A stretch of 64,000 bases of DNA from Rhodosorus marinus CCMP1338 (taxonomy: Eukaryota > Plantae > Rhodophyta): NCBI GenBank assembly GCA_029953675.1, contig JAMWBK010000002.1, forward strand, positions 62,001-126,000. The letters are read 5' to 3'. Both the position numbers and the translations under genes were made by a program. Below are positions 22,511 to 34,963 of this stretch, piece after piece (position 1 is the stretch's first letter; every line of letters starts with the position of its first letter). The notes below the pieces were generated by a model that saw nothing but the letters and a program-made list of their open reading frames with translations, did no database searches and was not told the DNA's origin.

Positions 22511-23009
22511 TCAACACCCGGATCGGTTAACCGCGACGATTTCGATATTGTCTGGACAGGTGTCAGAGATGGCAACCGTGACTGCCTCGGATAACCTCTG
22601 AAGTCGAGAGGAGATGCTCAATACGCCGAAAACCTCGTTTGAGCTGATGACGATGCCATCCGCTTGCTCCCACGAAAGTCTCTTCGGCTTTTGGGGCCAT
22701 TCCCACGATATCTCGAGGCTCTTCGGCAGGTTTACACCAGCATCCTTCGACGAAAACGTTATCACACAGGCACTAACTGTCTCACCGGAGAACCTGGTTA
22801 CGGATCCAACCTTCTCTGCTGATACCTTGTAAGAACTGCAATCAGCTTCCTCCTTTCGGGCCACCATTTCTAGCAACGGTAGCTCGGTCGATGTTTCTGC
22901 GGGAGCCGTCGTCGGGGCCGTCGTAGGAGCCCTCGTAGAAGTCGGAGTCGGCGTTGCTGTCTGATTAGGAGTCGCTATTGGTGTCTGGGTCGGAGTCGGA
23001 GGCGCTATT

Positions 23010-23063
<54 letters not shown>

Positions 23064-25248
23064 TCAGCCGAATCGAAAGAGTTGCACATGATTGGATTTG
23101 ACGAGTTCAGGGCATCGGCAAAGTGCGACCTCACGTAGCTTCCAGTGAAGTAGATCCGAACGTTGGTAATACCGTCGATGTCGCTGAGCCTGGCATCGAT
23201 TTGATAGTTGCTGAATGGGCTTAAGTCGATAAATTTGTCCTGCGAGAACACGGCGTGCTGTCGGATGTAGTCAGATGCCATCCACTCCTTCATTTCCAGC
23301 TCGCTATACCCGGGAGCACCCCCAAAGTACATAAACGTTCGCTCCCGGTTGGAGTGCGAATACCTCTTCACGTAGTACATCGAGTCTTCATCATCCTCTG
23401 CCTCTGCAACACGAGTGATTCCGGACGTGCTCTTGTGTGTGATGTCGATAACTGGGCTCTTCTCAAGCGACACGCCGTCGAAAACGACGAACATGCTGTC
23501 CATCGAAATCATAGGGAAGAAGAGCGGATCGTCCAGCCCCGGGAGATTGTTGAACGCCGGATGCGATGGGTCAACGCAAAAATTGATTGACCCCGTCTCC
23601 AGAAACTCCGTCCAGTTATCCTCTCCTACCGTCTGTGCGTTGATACTATAAGGGCCCCAGTAGCTGCCATACTCCATCAGCTCGCCGTGCGAATAAACGG
23701 TCTCGTACCAATTCTTGAGTGACTTTTGCAGTTGAATGATTGCATCTGCTGCACAGCTGAAGTATAAGCTCGATGATTCGTCCAGAAGAGAAGCTTCCCA
23801 CTCACAGTCCGCAAGGCTAACGGTGTCCACCGACGACACCGAGCCCATCATGAGATAGTCTCTCGCGGTGAAGACGGTCTCAAGATCTCGGTGAAAATCG
23901 GAGATCAGAAGGAAATAGCTGGTCTCGTGAGCGGCCTTGACGGCCGGTGCGGCAGGGTTGATCATGTTGTTCTTCATTTCGACCGCCAGTGCACCCACAA
24001 CGTTCTCTAGGTAGAGCTTTGTCGCGGTGACCTGTTTGAGGTAGCTCATATACGAGGAGTAGAGCGCGATGAGGTCATTCTTTTGGTTGACCCACATCTC
24101 CAGCCCATCGAAAGCCTGAAGAAATCCAGTCGCCGAGCTGTAGCACTCTTTCTTCATGTACCCCACGTAGTCTTCGAGTTCTTTTCTGTCAAGCGCCACC
24201 ATTGCACTGCCTATCGAGTTTTGGACCTTGTTTACTTGCGCGGATAGCGCTACGGCTTCATCATAGTCGTCCGCACTGTAGACGCTCTCCAGAGGATCCG
24301 CGAGCGTCTCTGTGCCATCCGTGATAAGTCCAATATCGGCCATGATCGCCTCGTAGCTCACTTCGTACCCTGACCAGTCGGCGCTTTCTCCAGGCGAAGG
24401 GAAGAAGTCCACCAGTTCATTCGTCAGCGAAGGTATCATAGAAAACTTGACACCACTCCAGGCATCAATGCCGGAGAACACCGCCTTCGTTGTATCTGCG
24501 AGCGAATCACTCTTGGTCCAACCGCCGACTTTGGACATTGCCTTGGTCACTGCGAATGCCGCGTCAAAGACGCCAGCAAAGAAGCTCACAAACTGCATCA
24601 CCTTGTTGAACTTAGCAGCCTTTTCGACCTGACGCCAACACTCGTCCATATCACCCTGCCGCATCTCCATCGTGCTCTTGTATTTCCAAATATTTTGATC
24701 AGCTACCGACATCGACCGGTTCACCTCCATGATCTCCTCCATCAGTGCCTGCTGCTTGGCTAGCTGCGTGGCGATACCCGTCTGCGCGTTACTGGTCGCG
24801 TTGGAAAGGAGCTCCATAGAAGCTTCCGAGTCCTCAACGCTGTTTCTGTAGGCGTCGTAGTAGTATTCCATGGATTCTCCGAGCTGACGCTGTGATTCAA
24901 GGTAGTCTAGCAGGTACGTAAAGCTCATGACGCTGAGCTGGTTGGCATTCGTACCCGAGGAGGTGGTCAGCGGATTCGCACCCTTGATGATAGAGATTGC
25001 CCTGCCGGCCAGCGAGGTGTACTTAGCTTTCTCCGTCTCGTCCGAGGTCCGGTTGGCAGCTAGTTGCGCGTTGTAAAGCATATCGGAAACCGATAGGAGG
25101 ATCAGATTGTACGCGTTTTGGTTCTCCTCGGCGTCGTCGTTGAAGAACATAATATCCAGCATCCTCCTCGAGAGGCTGAGACCATAGTCGATGTACGATA
25201 AAGGCTGAGGAAAATTTTCATACGCATAGGTTCGCGGGTCGTCGTACT
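22511..25248 (-). CDS. Second copy of the 5'-truncated toxin-like host gene (883 aa from ATG 25162)
   Basis: Same protein as 3600-6221 except a few substitutions (S>G, M>L, L>F) and 10 extra PT residues. Confidence 0.6.
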
Positions 25249-26511
25249 TGCTTGCGTAGCGGCTGCAGGCGCAGGGGGTTCCGCACTCTCCCCGGGTACC
25301 GTTGAGGGAGATTGCGGGGCTTGGAGCTCCTCAAGGCGTTCTTCCAGCATCTCATGAATGGCGGCGAGAGTGGAGAAGGACAGGTGTCGCTTTCCGAGCC
25401 GCGTCCTTATACGGATGATTTGTTGGATGGCCCGTTGCAGCGTCTGGCCTGGGATATCCTCGGGTGCGAGCCGTTGTCGTTCGTTGAAGCCTAACAGGTT
25501 ATCAGCCTCTAAGCCGCGTCCAGTGTGCAGGGTTACCTGTCGATCGGGGTGTCGCATGGTAAAGGATCCGAAAATCCCAGTCCGGAACACACCCCGGCTG
25601 ATTGCGCTTTGGAGAAGAGGAATTGCATCAGGGTGGCACACGAGGCTCACGCGTGAAGAGATAAAGTCCAGATGCGCCACATACGAGCCGGGAATGCCCA
25701 ACGCCCGGCATAGGACCGTAGTGAAGTCAGAAGCAGCCACCTCATCCTGTCGTGGGGGACGGATATTTCGGAGGGTAACAAGCACTGGCGTGGTCTCAGG
25801 GCCCCAGCTGGCCCCTCCCACTGTGGCGTGTAACTGCTTCAGGGCGGCATGTTGCGTCTGCGGCCCAGGCCTTCGCATGGTGCGGATGGGTGTCTCTACA
25901 CCGTTCTCTGGTACTTCTACCGCCGAAACCGCCGCGTAGGTGGGTCTGGGGGTGTCATTCCCAAGGGCCGGGAAAGCCGTCTCAAACCGGACACCCGCAG
26001 GGACACCTGTCCCGACTGGAACTTGATTGAAGCCCGTTCCAGCCGCAAGTTGATTGACCACCGCCGTCGGCCGGTGATGCGCCGAAGCTCCCGAGGGATT
26101 CGAAGTCTGTGCAGAAGCTTGCCACATGTGGGGCTTCTGTGCAAGTTCCGTGAGGCGGCTGGTGACATTATGTATCTCTGTGGTACTGTTAATTCGCGAG
26201 TAGAGATTGAAGACTGCTTTGTAGAAGTTCGCGATGTCCTGCTCCCCAATTCCGAGGGCGTGATAGCACTGATCGTAGCTTCGAAGTTGGTGGAGGAACG
26301 TGTTAGCGGGAGAGGATGACGTAGAAGGCTCTGTCCGACTCCCCTCCTGGCACGGTTCTTCTGGGCGTAAAGTAGTCGCTTGTAGTCCATCATGTGGCCC
26401 ATGCCCGTCCTCTCGTTCAGCAATTGGAGAGGCAGGCAGCATTCCGCTCATTGCACCGGTATTCTTCGAATTCCCCTCCCCAAACGAAGGGGAAGTGCCA
26501 GTGTTTGGCAT
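25249..26511 (-). CDS. Second copy of the truncated ORF1
   Basis: Mirror of 2251-3513. Confidence 0.85.
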
Positions 26512-26566
26512 ATTTTACCCCAGGCGAACCAAACCTACAAACTTAATTTCGAACCTTATCCAATAA

Positions 26567-27832
26567 CCCCAGATAACCGCGTACACTTACCCCAGACTAA
26601 CGTACCCCAGACTACCCCAGACTAACGTAACTGTAAGCTTTATTGGGCAGCCGCCTAATGCGGCGTAACACTGAGTCTATCACTAACTAGAGAATTACTT
26701 ACAATAACCCCGCTACCGGGGTCGCATGCTACGTTCTAAAGAAAAAACAGGGACCACTGGATTGTCCAGCTGGTCCACACGCAGAGCGCCTAGTGCGACT
26801 TCTGCGTTCCCCTGCCAAAGGTGCCTGTTTAGCTGAGCGCGTACGTCGCTCAACTCCTCGCTACGATGTAGGAGGTGCTTGCAGCCATCCCGTAAAAAAT
26901 CTTGTGCCAACTTCCCTGTCCGCCCAAACGTCTCAATCGCAATCGGGACGAATTTGTCGCTGGGTTTCTCCACCGCCATTGCTTCCTTGTAGTGTGCCAA
27001 TTTATAATTCTCCGCCATCTTCGCTGCATACCCGCTCTCCCCACTCCCGCGCCTCAAGTACTTATCCTGGAGCGGTGAAGTCACCGTCACGTCCAGAGCG
27101 TACCTCTGGAACGTCTTCGGGTGGGTCGCGATAATATCTGGTCGTAGCTGGTAGTTCTCGAAATAGGATGTAGGCTCCTGTTGTATGTCTAAAAAAGTTC
27201 CAACGGTTCAGCCATCTCGCCAATTCCGTGCAGATCTCATCGTGTCTCCTCTGCCATAGCCCAGTTGACGTAGGGCAGTGTTGAAAGCGTTGTACCCCAT
27301 TGGCACCGTGGGGACGCCGACAACTGCTACACTTCTCCGTCGTCCTTAATCCAGGGATCGGCAATCCCAAGAGTTGACGGACATTTACCTGTAATTGGTT
27401 CGATGTCAGCTTTTTGGGCTCCAGCAGCGGCAGCTCCCGCAGCCATATCCCCGAACCTGACCCGGCGGCCGATCGAATTCGCGTCCGGTGTTCATGCGAA
27501 ATGCAGACTAACGTAACCGCGTACACTTTACTGAAGAACTCCCTATTGGAGCCCATTAAGAAGCAATAAGGATCCTATTGGTCAGCAAAGAAACCCCTAA
27601 TGGGTTGTGTGGCTACGTTCTAAGATAGGGACGATGTCATAGTCTGCTTCGTCGACACGACGTGCCTGGGTGGCAAGGATAGCGTTTCCTTTCCACAAAG
27701 TGCGGTTCAAGATCGCCCGAGCCTCACTTACTTGCGTTGCCCGCTGATCCAGGTGTATAGTCGCTTCCTTGAGGAACTCACTCGCTTGTTGTCCCATCTG
27801 CCCAAATGTTTCCAGGCAGAAGGGGACGAAGA
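26567..27832 (-). mobile_element. Mirror array: repeat tract (26567-26630), T1 fragment (26631-27503), motif (27504-27516), T2 fragment (27517-27832)
   Basis: Reverse complement of 931-2195. Confidence 0.9.
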
Positions 27833-27836
27833 CGAA

Positions 27837-27868
27837 CCCCAGACTAACGTAACCCCAGACTAACGTAA
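27837..27868 (-). repeat. Two perfect tandem 16-mer units (TTACGTTAGTCTGGGG)2
   Basis: The plus strand reads CCCCAGACTAACGTAA twice, which defines the unit length. Confidence 0.95.
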
Positions 27869-30015
27869 GCCCTTATCTGCTCTCCCAGCTGCTCCGTCGA
27901 CACTTGAATGCGCCCGAAACCGCTTGTGGATGTGTGGTCAGGTCTCCGTACCTGTCTCTCGAGCTCGGTGATGTGAGGCCATTGGTCTTCGTTACTGCGG
28001 AAGGTCTGGACCCAGGCTGAGAAGAACGCGATCGGCTGAATGCGCGTTCGGGTTGCAAACCCCAGTCTACCCCATCGGCAGGGTAGCGCGATCTGGTCGT
28101 CAACGGGATGACTGGACTCCTCTTCCGCTGGGACCGTTGTAGACAGTCCTCCGAACAGGACTTCCAGGTGGTACCTACTCAGAGCGTCAGCTTCCCGCGC
28201 CAAGGCTCGTCCGAACGGGTATGCCAGGCATCTGAGAAGGTAGTCAAGCCTGGTTTCCGCGCAACACCTGAAAAGAGCAAGCTGCGTTGGCAGTTCCTCG
28301 CTTGGAAGCTTCGAGATTTCTTGGAACAGTGTCTCGTGTTTGAGCTGCATTGCTCGGCACTCCTGTTCTATGTACTGACGAGTTCCAAGCGGGATGGAGT
28401 GTATCGTCACTCCTTCTCTGCTCACGTGTACTCCTGGCAGCTCTCGGTTAACAAGGCGGGTAGTTGTTAGAGATCGTCCATAAAGCGTGCATTTGCCCAA
28501 TTGTAGGCGGGCCCCTAGAGACGGGAGAAGGGTTTGTCCCCAGCTCAGTGCTGTTTTGAGGGTTGGTAGCGCCCCGACCAGGGTTATGTCATCGTGTATG
28601 GCTACTATGGTCAGATCAAGGAACTGCGAACGAAGAGCCGTCAGGAACGGTGCGAGGGAGAGCGCGTGTAGCACTGGTCCTAGAGGATCCCCCTGTTGCA
28701 CGCCAGTGTCTGCCTGGAGCGTAAGTCTTCTGTAGCCCATTGTGTTCGGTCCGTGTGTGGCACGCCAGCCACAGAATGTCGGTGTCTCGCCATCGACACC
28801 GTATCCGAGCCTATAAATCGCGGCAAGCTCCGGGAACTGTTCCTCGATCAGTCGCTTCGCGATGCGCCTATCAATGCGATTGAAGGCGTTCTCCAGGTCC
28901 AAGCGTAGGACTACGGCGTCGGGTACACATGCTAGATGGGCTTGGATGGCGTGTAAGGAGCGTTCACAGCCCCCGCTGACGCCAATCCCCAATTGTAGTG
29001 GGACGAGGAGCTCTCGCACCCTGTCCATTACCGCGCGTAATGTCCACTGCGTACTCACCTTACGCAGAACTTCGGGCACTCCGATGGGGCGGACCCCTGC
29101 GCTGGTCTGGAGCCCAGTTTCCTTTCCGGGCTTGGCAATCGGCAGCAGCCTGTTGCTGCGCAGGGCCCTTGTCAAAAGGGGTGAGAACTCTTCCGGAGCT
29201 GTGGCGAGTTGTCGCAGAACCCGTAGCAGCGCGACTTGTGTACTTCGCGTTGCACCTTGTAGATGTTCCGCCCGCAGTCCGCTAGGTCCAGGACTCTTAC
29301 CTGGAGGGAGACGCGCTATGATCGAGAGAAGGCCCTCGTCCGCGGCCTTTTTGGGATCCCAGCGGGCTCTCAGAGTATCGTTGTCCGCCGTGAGCAGACT
29401 GTCGAGAGCTTGTGCGATTTCTGCAGGGCATTCCGTGTCTACGCGACTCGGAAAGAGCTCTATCAGTTGTCGCCATGTAGTTTCCGTGAATGGGGCCATT
29501 TCCGCAGCTTGCAGGCTGCTTGCGGCGTCGGAGAGCCGCCCCATGCGGGCGAGTTTCAGCGCGCGTTTACGTCGTCCAACGACTCGTCGGCGAACAGCTT
29601 CGGCTCCTTGTGGGGCAGTGGGAGGCCTTAGCGCTGAGGCCTTCTCCTCAAGCGCACTCCATACCCGTTGAAAGTCTCCTTCAAGCACGTGGGCAACCTG
29701 TACGCCGATTTCCAGTGTCGAATGTCCAAGTACCAGCCCAGGGAGGCCTACCAGAAGCAGACTGGTCTGATCAGGTGCGGTGCGATCCATAGAAAGTTCC
29801 AGCGCAGCGCGAAGAAGCTTGCTCCAGGTGGAGACGTGTGCTCGAGGTACGAAGCGCCTTGTAGGTACCGGGCAATGAGTGAGGCGAGTCCAGTGCCTAC
29901 CCTCCTCCGTGAGCTCGTTGACGAAAGCACTCCAGCTGCTAATCCAGTCCTGTCGATCAGAAAAGAACCGAGGCTCCTCTCTCGGGCTTTTGATTCCATG
30001 TCGGCGACTTGGCAT
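27869..30015 (-). CDS. T1 ORF2, RT portion (3'-truncated)
   Basis: GKSPGPSGL, VRPIGVPE, RLDLENAFN, GVQQGDPLGP, AIHDD, HSIPLG, RLGF. Confidence 0.93.
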
Positions 30016-31606
30016 TATGATAGGTTTCTCTCCTGTCCGTGTGCGGTATCCATCGATTGGGTTTGGTCCACAGCATTAGCCTGGGGCTCGTTGTCGTGCT
30101 GTGGCAGCTCGACCGCAGCTGGAGGCATCTCCGTATCCGAGGTAGAGTCAGCGGCGGCAGCTCTCGAGCGTTTCGCTTGCGGAGGCTCTGGGAGGTTGCA
30201 GTCGAGTTCTGCATGAGGGTTGTCCTCTTGGTCAGTCTCCTGTGGTACTTGGGAGGATGCACCGGAGTCACCCTGAGTGTCAGCCATCCCACGGGCTGCC
30301 TGTTCATCTACCGGAGGAGACGAGGCTTCTGGGGCTGCTTGCGTAGCGGCTGCAGGCGCAGGGGGTTCCGCACTCTCCCCGGGTACCGTTGGAGTACGTT
30401 GTGTGGCTTGTAGGGCTCCGAGTCTGCTCTCCAGGTACTCGTGTATCGCTGCGAGTGTGTTGAACGAGAGTTGCCTTCTGCGAAGTCTCGCGCGGATCCG
30501 GATAGTCTGTTCAATCGCCCGTTTCAGGGTCTGAGCCCCGATATTCGCTGGGGCAATGAGCTGACGTTCATTGTAGCCCAACAGGTTGTCTGTATCCAGT
30601 GCCTGGCCCGTGTAGAGAGTCACTTGCCGATCGGGGTGTCTCTGGGTGAACGAACCGAAGATGCCCGTCCTGAAAACGCCCCGAGAGATGGCGCTTTGTA
30701 GAATCGGAATCGCGTCCGGATGGCAGAGTAAGCACGCATGGGAAGCGATGAAGTCCACGTGCGCCACATAAGAGCTCGGAATCCCCAAGGCTCTGCAAAG
30801 GACCGTGGTGAAATCCGATGGGGCTACCTCGTCCATCCGTGGCGGTCTTACATTCCTCAGGGTCGCCAGTACCGGCTTGGTCTCAGGTCCCCAGGAGGAC
30901 CCTCCCACAGTGGCGTGCAACTGTCGCAGCGCTGCCTGCTGGCTCTGTGGGCCCGGGCGCCCGGCTGGTCGGAGTTGAGCCTCTGATTCTCGAGCTGGAG
31001 TACTTTGGGCAGTCCTCTGAGCGTACGTTGGCCGTGTGCTGCTGATACCGGCAACCGGGAAGGCCGTGGCATAGTCCAGTGAGGCAAGGACACCTGTCCC
31101 CTCCGCAAGTTGATTGATGACGGGTTCTGCCGCATGTTGATTGACCGCCGCCGTCCGCGGGTGCTGCTGCGGGGGTTGAGGCGGGGTCGTAATGGCTCGT
31201 CCGTCTTGCCACATATGCGGTTTTTTGGCGAGCTCATTCAGACGTCCTGTCACTGATTGAAGTTCTTTTGAGCAGTTGATGCGGGAATAGAGGTTGAAGG
31301 CGGCCTGGTAGAAGTCGGCGATGTCTGACTGGCCGATTCCCAGGGCGGTATAGCAGTGGTCGTAGCTCTGCAGCTGGTGGAGAAAGGCGACAGCTGGGTC
31401 TGCTGTGGCCTGCTCCGCTGCACCCTGTTCTGCATTCCTCTCTGCCTCCTGTTCTGCTCCCCTATGCTGGTGCTGTTGCTGCTGCTGCTGCTGCTGCTCT
31501 TGTAGCAGCTCTTTCGCCCTCTCCATTTCGCGGGTACCCGGGGTGTGTGGGGGCCCGCGATCACAAGAGGCTCGGGGTACGGCCCGCGTACCTCCTTCAC
31601 AATCAT
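30015..31606 (-). CDS. T1 ORF1 (polyQ, RRM-like domain); probable 1-nt frameshift near 31545
   Basis: MIVKEVRGPYPEPL (ATG 31606) matches MIEKELRERYPEPL at 14747, then shifts into the 548-aa frame. The stop overlaps the ORF2 start (TAATG). Confidence 0.8.
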
Positions 31607-31663
31607 ACTTGTAACTTTTTATCAGCTTTTTCCGTCGTTTTCCACAAACAAAGCCGTCCAAAA

Positions 31664-31783
31664 CCCCAGACTAGACAGACTAACGTAACCCCAGTGTGCG
31701 TGGTTCTTACCCCAGACTTTACCCCAGACAGTTTTACCCCAGACTAACCCCGTAGCCTTTATTCGGCAGACTAACGTAACCCC
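31664..31783 (-). repeat. Degenerate telomere-like tract with embedded element 3' scraps
   Basis: Two exact cores (31677-31688, 31768-31779), several (AG)TCTGGGG partial units and a 20-nt element tail (31748-31767). Confidence 0.88.
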
Positions 31784-31840
31784 TTGAAAATGGCTCGGGA
31801 TGCTTGAATATCGGCAATGGATGTGCAAGCCAAAGTATCC

Positions 31841-32187
31841 GTGAAATAGCTGGGGACGTTGGATAACGGATTGAATGAATGGGCTAATCAAAATCGCCGT
31901 GAAATGACTGGGGACGTTGGATAAGGGAATGAATGGAGATCCACAAAATCGCCGTGAAATAGCGGGGGACGTTGGATAATGGAATGAATGGATCTGGCTA
32001 AGCAAAATGGCCATGAAATGGCTGGGGGCGTTGGATAATGGAATGAATGGATCTGCTAATCAAGATGCCCATGAAATGGCAGGGGGCGTTGGATAATGGA
32101 ATGAGTGGATCTGCCAAGCAAAATGGGCATGAAATGGGTGGGGACGTTGGATAAAGGAGTGAATGGATGTGCTATGCAAAATGGCAT
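31841..32187. repeat. ~58-bp minisatellite, six diverged copies
   Basis: Units start at about 31841, 31899, 31954, 32013, 32071 and 32129 (RTGAAATRGCTGGGGRCGTTGGATAA..). Confidence 0.9.
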
Positions 32188-32369
32188 TGTCATTAGGATG
32201 TGCCATGATTTTTTTCTAAGGGGGACACGCATAACGTAGTGGATGTACTATTAGTTTTCTTTTAAGAGGGACCCGGGATACGGAGGGCTGTGCAATGGCC
32301 AGGCCACATTGTGGATTAGGACGTTCCGTTTTAGTCTTTTAGGGGGGCGTGGGATACGGAATGGATGTG

Positions 32370-32600
32370 CCATTCTTTGGGGTGCCACTTGACGCTTGCA
32401 TATTCCACGGCCATTGTCCTCATAGCAATTCTCCGGATAATTGAGCGGAAGAGGATGACCCCATTATCGCATAGAGTATCTGTCACAAGAACCAGACCAA
32501 CCTTGCTATGCTTTATCTGCGGTGGTAATCACCCTGGAGGTGCAGGTTAATCGGTTCGCGGTGCAGGCGAATCGGTTGGCGTTGCTGACCCTGTCACCAA
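32370..32600 (-). pseudogene. Diverged paralogous fragment of the 3' region of the PT-rich gene (36860-37090)
   Basis: Visible nucleotide similarity to 36860-37090, with a stop inside the PTDSPAP repeat. Confidence 0.6.
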
Positions 32601-34963
32601 CGCCAAGTTTTATTTCCGTGCTGGGCCGGATGGCGCATTCAGGATTTGCTTCGCCTACAGAGCGAACAGGGTCCACCGTGAGGGACAACTTGATGGGCAA
32701 GGATATGCGGTAGGTGTCTGGCAATAAACTGAAACAAAAGATATATTCCAAGAAGTCAAAATCAACAAACCATGAGAAACCAACTGAAACAAAGCAGGAA
32801 AACCCTCTTCCAGAAACAGCACGAACAAAAACACACAGCCCTGCTCGCTCGCTCCAGAAAAGGCTTCAAACCTGCCACGAATTCCCAAAAATACAAGAAT
32901 AAGTCGGGTGTACCTCCTCCTTGGGTAACAACACCGCAACCATCTTTTCGCTCACAGCGCGCTGTTCAAGTACTGTGGACAGTAAAATGGACTATATATT
33001 CTATGGGCTGGTTTTGTGCTTTCGCTGGGCCTTTTCGGGCGAGATATAGGTCCGCTTCGCAAGGCGATTCTGAGGTGGCTGGTGGTTAAAATTTTGAAGA
33101 TTGGCCCGGATTTGCCGTTTTGGCCTTGTTTCGGGGGTTTTGTTGTTTTCGTGATTTTTCTTGATTTGGCTTGCTGTTCCCTACTAGATTTTGCTTATTT
33201 TGAGCTTTTTTAGGCTATTTTGGGGTTTTGGTGGGTAGGTCAGGGCTTGGCCTGTTTTCAGGGTTCTGGGGGGAACATATCGCTGGTTAAGCTCTCTGGG
33301 GCTGCTTCTTGGAGTATCTTGATTGCTGGCCTGATGAGATACGTGCTCGGAGAGCTATAGTTGATTCCTGGTGGATTTAGTTTGATGGGCCCAAGTCTGA
33401 GCTCATATAATTTTTGGGTTTGAGGTGTATTAGGCTTTATATTTTGTTCAGTGGTTCTTGTCGAGAGTAGATTTAGCCTAGCAGTGAGTTGCTATTTCCG
33501 GTGATTGTTTCTGGTTCAGAGCTGATAGTCCTAGTGATTGCTGTCTCCCAATGACTGTGAAGATCTGTACCTAAGATCTTGGAATTGCTCCGTAGGTTCT
33601 CTACGCGTTGTAGGACTCAGTTACGGATAAGGGTGATGGAGGTGTGCAAGCTTTGCAGATTGACACCGAAAGGCACCCGGCGAACGAAATGGAAGCCACT
33701 ACGAAGCAACCAAACGGTAGAATTAATGGGCAGGTCGCTTGGGGTTCATACCTACCTTTGGGTGCTGCAGTATTTTGAGCAGTTGTAGATTCCGCGCGGT
33801 TGGGGGAATGTTACTAGCTTTTCTTGTAGAAAAGCCAACACAGGAGCCTGGTAAATGAAGGGCCCTTGTGAAAAAGATGAATCATTGTAGCTATATTTCC
33901 CCAACATCTTAAACGAACAGGGAACACAGGAATTGTGGGCTACCTACTAAAGCAGGAAGGACAATGTGCAGTTTTAGCCCTGGTCAAAGCAAAGCCCGCA
34001 AAGATGAATCCGATTCTTATCGCACGCTGTCCACCAGCTCCCCCATCCTCAAAGTCGGATTGGGTAGGTATCAGGCTTATTTTCGGCCGAAGAAGTGAAG
34101 AAGTTTCTATTCACCTTCACAGATATTTATCGCTGTCGCCAACTTCGACCTCGTTGAACTGCTGCTCCCAGGCGTTTTCGTTGTACCTATGCAATTGCAC
34201 TGCTGGGCCCATGACGAGCTTTTGTGGAACAGTCCAGATGGACATAGGCAACCACGACGGTCCAAGCGCTTAATTCATTTAGCTTAGGACCCTTATTATG
34301 TTCTAGAACAAATAATTGGTTATTAGAAGGCTAAATAAGATTGAATTAGAATAAAATAAGTACCATACGACATGCTATTACCTTATATAACAAAATTATC
34401 CCAATAAAACAACCAGAAAAATCTTAGACTCTTCCATTCATATTTGAAGATATTTTATTGGTTAAAAGCCGTCATCATAGAACATATTAAAACCAATGAA
34501 TAACTCGAAAATCTATTAAGAAGAAGCAAAAGCCGATTGGGATTTTCTCTTCAACATTCATGGATACTACAATACTTACAATTTGCGTTACCCATCCACC
34601 TCCATGGTTTGGCCAGCATTTTTCTATTGGTTTACAAATGTTACGAGGTATCATTTGGCCCCTTGGTGTGAAATTGTTTTTTGGAATAATTGTAACTTAT
34701 CTTGGAAATCTGAGTTGATTTTCGATGGTTGGATTGTTGGTTGAGGAAAAAGAGCAGAAGGCTATAAATATGGGGCAGCAATGAGTGACTTGAAGGGAGG
34801 GGGTTGACATGTTGGAGAGAGAAGGAGAGAGGATGAGAAGTGCGAAAACACATATATGACAGTTAGAAATTTTGGAAGAGGAGTGAACGCTTTCGTGAGT
34901 GCGTTTACTGTTGGAAATTCAGAGAGAAGTAGAACATCGATTGCGAAGAGAGTGACAGGGAAA

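Larger units (their letters stand above)
22356..27832. repeat. Right arm of the inverted duplication (partner 931-6376)
   Basis: Mirror ORFs 22511-25162, 25102-26511, 26713-27556 and 27597-27797. Confidence 0.95.
27869..31663 (-). mobile_element. Family T1 with an intact 5' end, broken after the RT thumb
   Basis: ORF1 plus a 715-aa ORF2 ending ..EQIRA directly on the repeat units. The missing 3' part is present in the copy at 48448-50202. Confidence 0.92.

Noticed and set aside
33935-34273. Possible decayed coding sequence on the minus strand
   Set aside because: It has stops and no recognisable motif, so it cannot be assigned without a search.
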